A stretch of DNA of 64,000 nt from Phoronis australis (GCA_002633005.1 NMRA01000705.1:1-64000); one strand, 5' to 3'. Shown: positions 36,331-50,040, counted from the first letter of the stretch. The notes: generated by a model not told the origin, from the letters alone. Translations and numbers: made by a program.

Positions 36331-36512
36331 GCTGTGTACTCCACAAGGGCTGTGAAGAGGAAAGCAATATTTGGCAAGGGAAAGTTTGAAGAGATAACCC
36401 GCCGTATTCGCAGCACCCAGACTGTGTCAGCAGTGTTTGTTGGTGTGGACATGCTGTCTGGAGCACAGCTGCAGTACTTGCAGGATGCCTGGGGTCTTCC
36501 TGTTTATGACCG
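36331..36512 (+). CDS. GTPBP6: GTPBP6 coding exon 4
   Basis: AVYSTRAVKRKAIFGKGKFEEITRRIRS...LQDAWGLPVYDR (HflX N-domain FGKG and V.DR motifs). Canonical splice sites. Confidence 0.93.
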
Positions 36513-36942
36513 GTGAATGTATAAGTTGTACTAATATTCATTAATGTCTGGTCTCCTCATTTTCTTGTTAACTCATGTTGCAGTGCATCGTTACATGCTT
36601 TTGGCAGATCTAGGGTAATGGCCAGAATAGGGTGTGACAATGGGCAGATATAGGGGCTGCTTCTCCACTGCTTGTAAAGTATTCTTCCTGTGCTGTTCCT
36701 CCTTCTTTGAAACCTTTACAGCGTTCACATGTACTGTAGGGTTATGGAATGCATTGACCTGCTCAGCTAGTATGGGGCAAATTACAATGATTCTTATTAT
36801 CTCAATAATAGTGCAAAACTATTAGTAATTTCATCAGTATTCTAGTACTATTAATAATTAATAATAGCCTTATGCATAACAGTAACAAGTGATAATAATA
36901 ATAATATTACATAACTTTTAATTCCTGTTGTACATTTTGCAG

Positions 36943-37144
36943 GTACACTATTGTGTTACAGATCTTTCATATCCATGCTAGGACGAAGGTAGCTAAACTC
37001 CAGGTGGCACTAGCTGAAATACCATATATGCGGTCTCGGTTGCGTGGCTTGCATGAGGGAACATTAGATCAACAGAGGGGCGGTCACCACTCCATAGGGG
37101 GCTCGGGAGAGACCTTTTTGGAGACGAGATATAGATTGTTGCAG
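36943..37144 (+). CDS. GTPBP6: GTPBP6 coding exon 5 (ends at a GC donor)
   Basis: YTIVLQIFHIHARTKVAKLQVALAEIPYMRSRL...GGSGETFLETRYRLLQ|gcaagt. Confidence 0.93.
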
Positions 37145-37503
37145 GCAAGTCACTGTGAACTTAGCAGGTCCTGTGTCTCACTTTATTGTTTAAATTGTCA
37201 CAACTTTCAAGAATTGTCACTGTTCAATATATTGGTAAATGTGCCCATTTTATGCTATACTGTTTAGGACTTAGGGTTAATAGTGTGAGTAGTTATCAAA
37301 TGATGTACCATTTTCAAAATAAGCTCATCAGATGTGTTAAGAACAAATTATAGCAGCAAAATTCAGCTTTTTAGAATGAGTTATGAAGTAGGCTAAAATG
37401 GTTCACAAATTTTTGATTTTGGTTTTTGGATCACTGTTTTGGGTTCTTTGTGTTTGTCATTTCTCTCACATAAGTAAGGTAAATAGTAACTAAACTGACC
37501 CTG

Positions 37504-37666
37504 AAATGTAATGTGTATATCACACACCACAAAACCAAATGTAATGTGTATATCACACACCACAAAACCAAATGTAATGTGTATATCACACACCACAAAA
37601 CCAAATGTAATGTGTATATCACACACCACAAAACCAAATGTAATGTGTATATCACACACCACAAAA
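37504..37666. repeat. 33-bp tandem repeat, ~5 copies
   Basis: Unit aaatgtaatgtgtatatcacacaccacaaaacc. Confidence 0.95.
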
Positions 37667-39067
37667 ACAAAAAAAAACAAGTCATAACAAAGTTAGGTGA
37701 GCATTTTGGGCAGAGACGTTTTTTCCATGTGACCTCAAAAAGTTGTGTCCCTGTTTAAGGTGGATTGAATTATGGCAAAACTTTTGCATATGTATTTGTG
37801 CGATAGAAGTTTTCATTTTCAATTCTGCATCTTATGTTGTGAACTGAATAATTGGTTCAGTTCTGTACCAATTCTGAAAATGCAACTTTTGGTTTAGATT
37901 ACCATTTCAGTCCAACTTGAAGATGTAAACAAAAGGTAGCTTACATTCCATGAACTGATTCTGCCGATTCGGCTACGCTGAAAAGCTGTTCTCGACTGCT
38001 GTTGTATCTTTTAGTTACCAACTGTGTATTTTTCCTGAACAGTTGTTTTCCTCAAAGTCTTTATCACAAAGAGCAATCTACTTCAAAAACTTAAAAATAT
38101 ATACCAAATTATGTAATATGTATCATGGCATAATGTTCACATCCTTTCTGTTATCAAACTAAAAGCCTTTTTGAGCACAATTTTGTACCTCGGCTGAAAT
38201 CAGAAAGTCATCGACTATTCCCGTCTATTTCTGTGCCCTGAGTTCCTTTGCATCAGTTCAGGAACGATTCCTGAATGACAGTCATGTTGTCCTTGAAAAC
38301 GTATTGACATCACCGTGAGCGTAAATGCATTCATTTGTTACTTTTATTATTTGTTAGTTTTTGGTTCTTTTTGTACAAACTTGATGATTGTCCAAATTTA
38401 CATGACGACTGGTGTGTAATGCATAATCATAAGTTTGTGAAGTACGTCGCATCTCCTGCAGCCAACTCTTGGCTGCTGAGGTCAGCCCTTACTCGTCGCG
38501 AGGGTACATCAAACTTCAGCAACAGTACCCGTTTAAGTTATAAATTAGAGGGAAAAAATTCTAGATCAGCAAATGTCTTACCTTAAGTTTATTGGCATAT
38601 CGTGAAACTGATGCAAAGTACCAGACTGGAGTGAGCAATTGCCATGTGACTACAGCTGGACATGTGAGGGCAGTGCGTACTTGGCAGTTGTTTACCTTAA
38701 AGCATGATATTCAATTGTTTATGTTGAAGGTCTATCATGCGTTCTAACCTTCAGCCTGCAGTATTGCTTTCAGTGCATAAAATGACAGTCGAGCCTGTTG
38801 ATTTTAATTTTTTAATTCAGTCTTCAACATCAGTGATTGGTGAGTACTTCCCAACTTCAGAAAAATTCCTTCTAGTCTGAACAATGCACTTGTTAGACCA
38901 ATTTTATAGTGGTAAGGAAATGCAATTCAAAAAGTTCCGTTTTAACTTCTTCAAAATTGCCGAAGGCTGTTACGCAAGGATCTTAAACTTAGTAGTTGTT
39001 TAGGTCCTGGTTATGTATAGCTAACAAGATTTATTTATGGTTGAGAACAAAGTTTTCCCAATTTCAG

Positions 39068-39188
39068 GATAGAGAAATGAAACTCAGAAGGACTTTGGAC
39101 AAGGTGAAAGGTCAGCGAGAGCTGCTTCGATCAAACAGAGTGAAGAAGCAGATCCCAGTTATAGCCGTGGTTGGTTACACCAACTCAG
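39068..39188 (+). CDS. GTPBP6: GTPBP6 coding exon 6
   Basis: DREMKLRRTLDKVKGQRELLRSNRVKKQIPVIAVVGYTNS(G), the start of the G1 P-loop. Confidence 0.95.
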
Positions 39189-40688
39189 GTAATGAGTAGC
39201 ATTAATTTGGCCTAATGCCACTTCAATGAGTAACTTGAAATTTACTAGTCATTGCCAGTGTGTCAGTCATGTTACCCATAGGTAGAATGTATGTATTCAA
39301 GCAGTCACATGGGTTGGATTGCCCACAGACACCACCACGAGGGTTAACTGGCTTTTGGTCTCGATTTATCCACATGTTAAAAAGAGGAACCTTTATTCAT
39401 TAGTGCCACCTGGTGAATATAAAGTCTAATGATTTCTTACCTTCTTGATTATTGTGCTCTGACTCTCCTTGTTGTTGCCAGAGAAACTCATCAGGTGAAA
39501 TTAATCTCTTTGGTTTTGTCCATGAGTGCAAAGATTGTAAAACCCTCTGTTGAGTTAATTCTTTTTAATGGAGAACATGTTGAAAACTGGTAAGATTGAA
39601 TAAATGTAAAGTGGTGCGTGAGCAATCATTTCTTCCTGTTTTATGGTTAGTTGGTTCCAGGAGAGTAGCTTGTGTTTGTCACTGCTGAGAAAAAAAATAC
39701 ATTGTATCAGCTGTAGCTATGTGTACAGGTGTTGTTTGTTAAAAGTTGATTTGATTCTAGTTCATACTAGTACAACAGTCAATTGTGCAGTTTTTTGAAA
39801 CTTGCAAGTTATATTGTAAGAGCAATGCTGTACTCCCCCTAGTGGAACTATTTGAAACACCAATCGCTCCTTCATGGTTTTCGCTTTACAAACCAATGTC
39901 GAACTTATTCATGATAGATCCAAGCAGTCAGTCACCATAGTTTAACCTTTGACCTTTGAACATAATTATGGTGCAAGCATGCTGCGGAGTAGTGTAGTGG
40001 TGTCATAAGATGGCCTCCTCTGATTGTTGCACATATTGATTCATTTGAGACTTTCCAAAATAATCAACAAATTGTTGCTAATTATGCAAAAATATGTTAT
40101 ACTAAGTATTGTAATACGTGTTTCAACTGTACTAAATAATGTACATTTCTTCACTGTGTTATTGGTTTATTAGGATTTTAATTTATAAGCACTCTATGGT
40201 CTTGGTCGGCCAGGAGGCATTCACATACTTCAGTACCCATGTCTTTTTTGTATTCTGGCAGACTAAAGTTAATGCTAGCAGAAAATGGCCCTTTTCGCTT
40301 TGCTGTTTGTCATGCCCCTAGTACTCACTTATTTTAATAGTTTATCCTGGTCTGTATGACAAATCTGGAAAGTGACAAAAAAGAAATTCCATTTATGAAA
40401 GACTCATGTGAAATGCAAAATGATGAGAATTTATGGAAAACTAGACGAAAAAGCTCCTTTGTGAGTCACATGGAGCCGCAATATGCGTGGCAGCTATAGT
40501 GGGGGCTACTTTTTGTGTGGCGAATTTCTACCGAAAAACGAAGAATATAATCTTGAAATACTGATGAAAAATGAAGACAGTGCAAGTGGGAGTCTTGTCG
40601 TGTTTCATTTTCAGCCGTGTTTGTGGCATTTTAAGAGTTATGTCATTTCTTTTATTGCGCCTTTGCTTATTACAAAATTATTTTTTAG

Positions 40689-41046
40689 GTAAAACCACCC
40701 TGATCAAAGCTGTGAGTGGTGACCAGAAGATGGAGCCACGGGATCAATTGTTTGCCACTCTAGATGTCACTGCACATGGCGCCGTGTTACCCAACAAAAT
40801 GAACGTGGTATTTATGGATACAGTTGGTTTCATCTCCGACATACCCACAAGTTTGATCGAGTCATTCTCGGCTACTCTAGAGGATGCACTCTGTGCAGAC
40901 TTAGTCATACATATCAGAGACATTAGTCACCCAGATACGGAAATGCAGAAAGCCCAAGTCCTGGAGACGCTGAGGGGATTGGATCTTTCCGAGAAACTTC
41001 TGGAAAATGTTGTCGAAGTGTGCAATAAATCAGATAAATTGGACAG
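40689..41046 (+). CDS. GTPBP6: GTPBP6 coding exon 7 (G domain)
   Basis: GKTT (G1), QLFATLD (G2), DTVGFI (G3) and NKSD (G4) of HflX-type GTPases. Confidence 0.97.
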
Positions 41047-41773
41047 GTGGGTAATAGAAGACATCATTCAGGTAATTGTGTGGGAAATTGCTGTATTCAT
41101 CCAGCTTAATGTGTTGGGCATGTTGAGAATAAGAAACACAGCACGTTCATTTCTGAATTAATTTGCAGTAATGAAACATTCTTTTTGAATATCCATTCTA
41201 AACATTCAGTTTGAGATTATGTAGGGCCCTAGAAATATGCCCAAATTTGGGAAACGTCGGAACGTCATATCGAAAATAGTTGATCGGATTCACATGAAGG
41301 AGGCAGAGGAGCTGAGTGGGGGAAGGGCAGAGAGCCATAGTGAGGAGGGCAGAGGAGTGGGGCAGGGGGAGGGAGCAGAGAAGATGCATATTGAAAGGGC
41401 CAAGGGGGCAGGGGAACAGCATCCATGTGTTGTTGGACTGCAAGAATAAATTTGCTATTCTAAGAAGCATTTGACTCCATAAACTTTGATTGTACCATTG
41501 ACATGTTCATTAAGAGAAAGGCGCACAAAAGAGAGAGTTATGAACATTTCGCGGACCTCATATCAAAACTCACTTTCCAGTCTTGACACCCTTTTGTTCT
41601 TGTAAAATTTGTCTTAACTGTCTTAAATTAAAATTTCTGTTATAGCGTTTGTTTAGAAATTCTTATTTGTAACTAAGTGTCACCTCTTGTTGTTGAGAGT
41701 CTATTGTAGTTAAGGCATAATTATGGACTAAAATGATAGGTAGCATATAGTTCACAGTGTTTGTACTTTTTAG

Positions 41774-41935
41774 CTCTACTGTTGAGGCCCTTCGGGCTAG
41801 TGGTGCCCTCTGTGTATCAGCCACGCAGAGTATGGGACTGGCTGCACTTCTGGCTCAAGTCCAGCATAGCATCCTGACCAACACTGACCGACTGGTCAAG
41901 AAATTCAAGGTGCCAATGGATGGACAACACTTGAG
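41774..41935 (+). CDS. GTPBP6: GTPBP6 coding exon 8
   Basis: SSTVEALRASGALCVSATQSMGLAALL...VPMDGQHL (G5 VSA). Phase 2-2. Confidence 0.9.
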
Positions 41936-42409
41936 GTATCAGCTGCATTAGACTTGCCCGCTGACACAGCGCCACCTATACTGAAAAGTAGCCCCGTGGA
42001 AACATGATGAACGACACTTGGAATTCCATGTGTGGACATCAATGCGCATGCTTGGTCGGAAGTTTATCGATCACATCACCACTACTTGCACACACCTTCA
42101 TACACTGTACTTGTTTGGGCTTAAGGCACTGGATTGGGGTTCCTTTGATTTTGTTTACTTCAATTACTGCCCGTTTTAATAAATTGCAAATATTCAAGTC
42201 AAGGTGGTCGCCATACTACGTAACCGTAAACTGTGAAAGGGTTTTCCCAGATTTCAACCGATGGGAATTACGGAATGTTATGACACTGGTTTCATTACTT
42301 TAACCAATGAGAAGCCATGTTAAAAAACATTTGATAGGGCTATCTTTCGTAGCACTGTGAAAAAGTGTACATTAGACTGTTTCATTAATAGCATATGTAC
42401 TGAAAAGTA

Positions 42410-43170
42410 CAGGCTGTCATTCCCTATAGTTTATTTCATTAAAGAATATGTATTGAAAAAGACAGGCTCTCACACCCCTTGTTTGTGTTTTATTTTTAGA
42501 ACATGTATTGAAGAGGACAGGGCGTCACCCCCCAGTTTGTATTTCCTTACTAGAATATTACATCAGTTTTTGGCCATACTTAGATTAAAAAACGGACAAT
42601 CACCGCACAAATAAAAAGGTTCATGTTCATGCAACGTTTCGTCTATTCATTAGACATCGTCAGGATAATTATATACAATAAGACAGAAAGTGTCCATGTA
42701 GCAGTCAGGTAACATCCATATAGTGAAATGAGCGTAGGACAGGCTGTCACCCCCTCCCCCCTGTTTGTGTTTCATTAATAGAATATATATTGAAAAGGAC
42801 AGACCGTCACCCCCCAGTTTGTGTTTCATTAATAGAATATGTATTGAAAGGAATAGGCTATCACCCCTCTAGTTTGTGTTTCATGGAATATGTCTTGAAA
42901 AGGACAGGCTGTAATTCTCTAGTTTGTATTTCATTTATTTAATAGAATATGTATCGAAGAAAGACAGCCTCTCACCCCCCTAGTTTGTGTTTCATTTATT
43001 GAATATGCATTGAAAAAGACAGGCTGTAAGTCCCTAACAGTTTATGTTTCATTAGTAGAATATGTGTTGAAAAAAGACAAGCTGTCACCCCCCCCCCAGT
43101 TAGTTTCATTAATAACATAGTCATTGAAAACGATAGGCTGTCAAATCCCCTAGTTCATGTTTCGTTATCT
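42410..43170. repeat. Degenerate ~58-bp tandem repeat, interrupted by a hammerhead-motif repeat at 42590-42732
   Basis: Recurrent gaatatgtattgaaaaagacaggctgtcaccccc...agtttgtgtttcatt. The insert reads CTGACGA-t-GTCTA-atgaa-TAGAC-GAAAC on the minus strand. Confidence 0.8.
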
Positions 43171-43374
43171 GCATGGGTATATTCAAAAAAGATATGCTGC
43201 TCCCCCTAACTTAAATGAAAGTTGAACCATTACTTTCCCTCCCATCAACCATTTATTTCCAAATTGTTGCTCCCCATCCCTCCTGTTTAATGACTTTCCC
43301 AATTCTCTTCTTTTGATGACCATTTCCTCTTGTTGAAACTCACTCTTCTTTACAAGCCAAACTTGTTGTTTCAG

Positions 43375-43513
43375 CTGGTTGCACAAAGAGTCCACAGTCC
43401 AAGACACCATTGTGTGTGAAGACAGCAAACATGTTATTGTGGAGACTATAATAACACGGGCTGCTTATGGAAAGTTCAAGACCTTGTTTAAGTCTGCTAC
43501 TGGTACCAAATAA
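43375..43513 (+). CDS. GTPBP6: GTPBP6 last coding exon
   Basis: SWLHKESTVQDTIVCEDSKHVIVETIITRAAYGKFKTLFKSATGTK* (cf. SWLYKEATVQ...AYGKFRKLF). The joined CDS is 1671 nt, 556 aa. Confidence 0.93.
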
Positions 43514-43716
43514 ATGTTTTAAAGGGCCTTGTTTAAGCAGAGTGCTGGCAGCGTAAGAGCTCAAAATCTCGTGAACATGGTTTATGTGCTATTCAAATAG
43601 TCAATGATGAAGTGCATTCTACTGACTCACAGTGATTTCCATTATCACTCAAAATAACATAGGCTCAAGCCAAGTAACAGTTATGAAGTGCATTCTACTG
43701 TCTCAACACCATGTCA

Positions 43717-43852
43717 CATGGGCGGCGCACCATAGGGGATTGGGGGGCTACAGCCCCTCCACTTTTTTCAGTGCTACGCCGCTCATGGTCTATAGGCGGT
43801 GCACCAGAGGGGGCTTTAGCCCCCCACTTTTTTCAGTGTTGTGCCGCCCATG
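43717..43852. mobile_element. 136-bp MITE with 5-bp TSD, 3' of the GTPBP6 stop
   Basis: TIRs CATGGGCGGC / GCCGCCCATG; TGTCA on both flanks; two internal tandem units. Confidence 0.75.
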
Positions 43853-44780
43853 TGTCAGTTGACACTTGATTAAAACTATTGATGTTGGTTCACACTTTAA
43901 ACTTTAGTGTCATTGTGATGAATGTGAACATGGTAGCAATATTATAATGAAGTGCAGGAACTTGTGAGGACAATTATGCATATGACTGTGCGTAACAGGT
44001 GATCGATCAGTCAGTTGTTTGGATGAACCAACGTTACTCAATCAATAAATCAAAGAATGCCTGAACTTCTGTGCCTCCAACTTGTCGATGCTTGTGTGCC
44101 ATCATGTCCGTGTGTGGCTGTATATTAGGATCACCTCTGTCTACGTGACTGGCGTCTATGGGACAGGCCTCCACTGCTCTATTTCCTAAACCCGTTGGAG
44201 GATATTCATGGAAATTGTCAGATGCGTTCCTGTGGAGCTGACGACAGATGATATTGCTGACTTAAGTCAAATTCAACTCAAAATAAAGTTATGTTAAAGG
44301 TTTCAGCCTGTATTCTCTCACCGTAGTAACAACCACTAAGGTATATAGGGTGTACCAAAATGCTTAAAAACTATTCTAACATCAGCATGTGGTTTTACTG
44401 GAACCTAAAGGCATGTTTTCTTGTCAATCTGAAAGTTTATTTTACAATGAAAATGTGAAAGTGGAAACTTTTATCGTAAAGAAAAACACCAATCCAAACT
44501 GAGTATTTTTCAAGATGCACCAAGACAGAGAGTCGTCCATATGCTGTTTGCACCTGAAGTGTCAGCTGTGCAGTCTGAATATACTCGAGGTTTATCACCA
44601 ATAATAGTTTAGTGTTACGTTTTCCCTACTTTTGCACCTTGTAAAGGAAACTGGAATCCCTGTGTAATACAAGACAGTAAGTTCACAGTAAAAGTAATTT
44701 CAGGGATGCGTATGTCGGTGTATGTTGTTAACATTGTGGGACAGCCTATTAAACAAACTATCAAACATTTTGAAGTGAAC

Positions 44781-45470
44781 ACCTCATCCTTTAATCATGT
44801 GGTAGCCTCATCCTTTAATCATGTGGTAGTCTCATCCCAAAACCGTGTGTTAGTCTCACTGATCTCATAACCTCATCCTGTTACCATATGGTGGCCTCAT
44901 CCTATAGTCATGTAATAGATTCATCCCGTAACCGTATGGTAGTCTCATCCCATCGTGAAAGCCTCATCCTGTTACCATATGGTAGTCTTATCCCAAAATC
45001 ATGTGATAGCCTCATCCTGTAACCATATGGTAGCTTCACCCTATAATTATGTGGTAGCCTCAACCCATAATCATGTGGTTGCCTCATCCCGTAATCATGA
45101 GGTAGCCTCATCCCTTTTGCATGTGGTAGCCTCAACCCGTAACAATATGGTAGCTTCACCATATAATCAGTGATGTGGTATAGCCTCATCTCGTAACAAT
45201 ACGGTAGCTTCACCATATAATCAGTGATGTGGTAGCCTCCTCCCGTAACAATATGGTAGCCAGCACTGTATTGGTAAAATTAGAGGTAAGTAGGCGCCCA
45301 GAGCCAACCGCATCACCTTGAACACTGAACGTAAGTTACGGTGCGTAGGCGCTACGTTCAAATGCCAAAAGGTGGTTGGCTGCGTCTACGTGCGCCTACT
45401 CCGCCCCTCCCACTTCATCTCTGATGGTAGCTTCGCCATATAATCAGTGATGTGGTAGCCTCATCCCGTA
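44781..45470. repeat. Degenerate 24-bp minisatellite with an internal insertion (~45260-45420)
   Basis: Unit catgtggtagcctcatcccgtaac and variants. Confidence 0.9.
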
Positions 45471-48004
45471 AACACTACCATGCTGATGAAGGTCGGTCTG
45501 CTCTCAGTCTGGCGTTGAAAAGAACCGTTCTTTCTTCGTTAGCGTTGGCTAATAAATATCCATTCTCTCACTCTTTTCAAATTTTATACGTTTAACTTTT
45601 ATTACAAATTAGCCATAGTAAACTGTAATCCCCGATTTCTTCCTAATGACGACTGTTTGTTCTAAAATCCCCATTTTAACATATTGTAGTAGTCTGGCGG
45701 AGCTTCGATTCCACTGCACTGAAGTGTTTTTCAAAGGCCCCAAAAACAGTGTCCTAGGCAATGCCGTGGTCGTGCTTCTTGCAAGTCTAAGATCGCTACC
45801 CATCTACAAGTACATTTAATTATAGACTGGTGTGAATTATTCACCAGTTTTAATCTCGTTAACCTTTGAATTATGATTTTTCGTGGAGATTGTCGGATTT
45901 TCCACAAACATGATTGTTGGCACAATTTTGCTCCCGAGTCCTTGGTAACGAAGATGGCCAATTTCAGTCAGTAGCGATAATTGCAAGTTGCTGCTACATA
46001 ACACAATGGGAACTCTTTCTTCAAAGAACACAACACATTTTGCTTTAAAATGCATGTACAGTTATGTTTCGATATACACACAAGCACACACGTACCTCAT
46101 TTCTTTCTCCAAGTGCCACAGACTGCTTTCAGTGGCTTTGAAGAGTTCAGACGATCAGCGATTTTAGAATCCTTTAAGGATTCTAAAATTGCTCAGTAGA
46201 GACCTGTAGAGACCTTAAAAGGTCTCTACTGAGGCTAGAATTGTCTGAAAATATCAGCTTGGTGCACAGGAATGATAAATATATAGGCCTAGTTACAGTA
46301 CGTGCGTTTCGCACTGAAGAGGCACAATAAGTAATGTACAACTAGTAACTCTGAAAATAGTCGATTTTAGTCATCATTTCATAAAGTGACAACCGTAAAC
46401 GTTGTGGAATGTTGAAAATCGTAATTCTGACATGATTTAGCCCTACTATAAACCGAATTATGCAGAGCGGGTTTCAATTTTGTTTTCAGGCACCTGCATG
46501 TACATTTTGTTAATATCCCTGATTTCGACGGTATTCACTCCATGTGAGCAATGACGTTAATACACAGGTGTGAATGATGATTGTTTTTTAGTTGAATTAT
46601 TTTCCCCTTATTTTTTAATATTTGCAATCCTTGAGATGCATTTCATTTACAGCGCTCCCCACCATTCGGTTTCTTACTCAATTAAAGCAATAATTCATTG
46701 GCGGAAACTGTCATAACAACTTATTGTTTTAACTGACTTACTCGTTCTAAATGACATATGCAAGAATTTGAACTTAGGGCCTAAAAGTGCACCCTGTATT
46801 AACATATGCTCAACTGACAAACAATGTCTCTGTCAACCGTCATCAACGCAATTTCAGGGTAGGATAATGTCTGACGGTATGTTTTTGTGTGGGTATAAGT
46901 TCGAGCACTTTATTTCCGAATTCCAACGTGCTCATCGCAGATAGTTCACGACGTTGAAATCCCGAAAAGATGTTCATGGCTTATCTAATAATAATAATAA
47001 TCTCTTCCTGATTCAGCTGATAAATGACGTGGTTCATGGTTGAACACCAGCGCCTCTGCCGACCGGATTGTGTACGCACATATGATAAAGCTGTTGAGAA
47101 CGCTTCCACATCGGGATACTAGCAAAAACCCAATCGTTATTTAAGTGTTGTCAGTAACGCTCTGCGTAGCGGCTTTACAGATGCACTGTCCCGTCTTGGT
47201 TTGGAGAGGCACTTTCTGTCTTAATTTGTAAATACAGTTGTATGTCACCTGAAAATGGCAGTTTAGTTGTTACTTTCGTTTCGGTTTTTCTGACCTCGAC
47301 ATTCATCTGGTAATGGAAAATTTCCCTAAGAATGGTCCACATCACAAAATTCCTCATGGGGCTGCAGTCTTCATATTTGAAAGGTTGATAAAGCGATTCT
47401 CTAACTTGTCTCACTGCAACAAGATTTTTTTAGATTGGCAGCCGTTATTTTTCGAAAAAAAACTCAGATTCATTGTTCGGGTTTGAAGAGAACTGAATTG
47501 CACCTTCAAATTGCTTTACGGGCATTTACTTGACATCTCGGATATAAATTATAAAATCAAATAGAACGTGCTTTTAATAAGTACAATTAAATAATTTGCG
47601 CCGTGTATGAGCGTCTCAATTATAATACAATATCTGCTCAATAGCACATGCACAGTTCATGTTTTTGTACCCTTGTACTTGAATTACTCTTATGTTGCCT
47701 GGAGAGAGTTGGTGGGCGCCCACCGTGTGCAACACATAGAGCGCATAAACAAATGATGATCATTATTTTAAACATTGCCTCTACCAATCCACCCGAAAAT
47801 GGGAAGTGCTGGTATTTTCTCTTCAGCAGACCCTCGCCCTACTCTCTCCCTCCCTGTTTCTCCCATCCTCTTGTTTCCAACTACCCACCATCTCCGCGGT
47901 CACGGGGCGGTTTCAGGGAGTTTCAAATTGTTTCTTGTAAACGTACCACATCCTTGGTGATGTTGCCAGGTCTCTTTCAGCGGCCGGCTTATCTGTTCCG
48001 GGTG

Positions 48005-48011
48005 TATATAA
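48005..48011 (+). promoter_or_regulatory. Candidate TATA box of the cephalotoxin-like gene
   Basis: TATATAA ~70 bp upstream of ATG 48079. Confidence 0.45.
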
Positions 48012-48078
48012 TGTCCAGGCACCACATCTGGCGTTATTTAGCTATATCTCTGTGGCTGAGGATAGCCACCGTTTCAAA

Positions 48079-48713
48079 ATGATAGCTGTAACGTGTTTAA
48101 TTTGGTGTGTAATGCTGTCGGTTGTCATTCGCATTCCGCCGACCAACGCCAGGGCAACACCTGCCGATGTCGCTGTGGTCAAGATGGAAATGTTTCAACA
48201 TCGTATGAAGACGCTTGCAAAAGATTTAGAGAGGGATGTCATGATAATTAAACGCCGGTCTAAACCAACATGGCGTGCAAAGAGCTTAAAGGCCATCAAC
48301 AAGATTTCCAAAGTCTTCGACATTATTTCTAGTGTTTCCGTTATTTTTGACATCATCAAACTGTTTCAAAACCCAGAGTCCCGCATCGAAACTCAGCTTG
48401 AAGAACTCAGCAAAAGTGTAAACGTCATCAACGAAAAGCTTGATGACATGCAGGAAGAACTGAAAAACTCGTTTGTTTTCAATGAAATGCTGTCAGGTTT
48501 TAATGAAGCTTTGAACGCTGTCGAAAATAGTGACAAAAAACTGAGACACATATTACAATACATAACGATCAGAAAAAGCCAAAGAGAAGTTTTGAAGTTA
48601 GCAGAAGAATACGTGGCTCATTACCAGCGAAACAAAATCGATTTGCACATTGACAGTTTGATAAAGATGACCACGGAACAAGAAACAGAAATACAACACA
48701 ACATTTTTGACAG
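48079..48713 (+). CDS. SE-cephalotoxin-like secreted protein, exon 1 (signal peptide, propeptide ending KRR, amphipathic and coiled-coil region)
   Basis: MIAVTCLIWCVMLSVVI signal; IKRR|S cleavage-like site; heptads LEELSKSVNVINEKLDDMQEELK; ends GAC AG|gtaag. Confidence 0.85.
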
Positions 48714-49719
48714 GTAAGATCTTTCGAATGTCTTCATATTTGTTAAATTTCTGAAGCTTACACTACTTATTAAAAGGATACCAAACCCGGTTTCGGCCTA
48801 TACTAAAAACGACTTTCACCGGCATCCAGTTCTCTGGAACAAAATAACGCTCTCTAACCCTTGGCAACCCTCGAAAGTTTGGAGGAAATTTGGAATCTCC
48901 ATTCAAAGTCTGCTTAACGGCTAGCGTGGCCCTACGATTTCAACGAATTACACGGCAACTGTGGGGGAAAAAGCCACCGCCACCGAAGAACATAATGTGC
49001 AATCTGTGACATAGGGAAAACTTAGATTTTTAGTTGATTCCTGTCTTTAACTTGGAAGATTGACACCAGGTGACAGAGCGAGGATTGACTGGAATGATCA
49101 AAACAAGATTTCATACCCTTTTAACGAAATGTCCCTTAGAACAAGCTGTGGATAGAAAAAATAGTAATCTTACTCGTAAATTAGGTTTATCATTTAATAT
49201 GGCATCACATCGTTGGATAAGGCAGCCGATAGCGTGCAAAGAACACCCGAATCGTATGCATTTACATGTACGTATAATAAGATTTACTTGGAGAGATAGA
49301 CAGACTGACAGACAGACAGACTGACTGACAGACAGACAGACAGACAGACAAATTGATAGTTTATTTAGCCATTCATAATACTGTTAACAAATAGTCATGC
49401 ATCTACACAAGTCGTTCCTTACTTACTAAGTGGAACTTAAAGTGACATAACTGGGACTTGTAGTAGCCGAAGGTGAACAGCTAAACTAAAGTTTTACTAA
49501 GACTATATGTATAATAGTCATTGATTACTTTCAAATACCAAAACAAGGCAAAGAGACTTTCAAAAGGCTAAGGAGCCGCTAGATATTAGGCCTTGAATTT
49601 TTTCAGTGGTTCCGGTGACTTGATTGGACAACTACGGATGCCACTTTAATAAAACTTGTAATATCAGCCTCATAAATCGTCTGCTGCTGCACAGAGCTCC
49701 GTAAAAGTTGAATACACCA

Positions 49720-50040
49720 ACATGACTTACCTCGATTTAGAGCTGGACACACTTTCGTAAAAGGTGAGAACACCAATATGACCAACCTCGAGTTAGCGCT
49801 GGACAGAGCTCTATAAAAGATGAGAACGCCAACATGACCAACCTCGAGTAAGAGCTGGAGAGAGCTTCGCAAAAGGCGAGAATACAAACGTGACCAACCT
49901 CGAGTTACAGCTGGACAAAGTATCGTAAAAGGTGAGAACGCTAGAATGACCTACGGCAACCTCGAGTTAGAATTGGACACAGCTTCGTAAACGGTGAAAA
50001 TTCCATCGTGACCAAACTCAAGTTATACCTGGGCACACTT
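49720..50040. repeat. Degenerate ~55-bp tandem repeat, ~6 copies
   Basis: Recurrent atgaccaacctcgagttagagctggacagagcttcgtaaaaggtgagaac. Confidence 0.85.

Noticed and set aside
37393-37758. Repetitive ORFs (FGFVVCDIHIT)n and (YITHHKTKCNV)n; similarly 44908-45216
   Set aside because: By-products of 33-bp and 24-bp minisatellites whose unit lengths are multiples of three. No splice or homology support.
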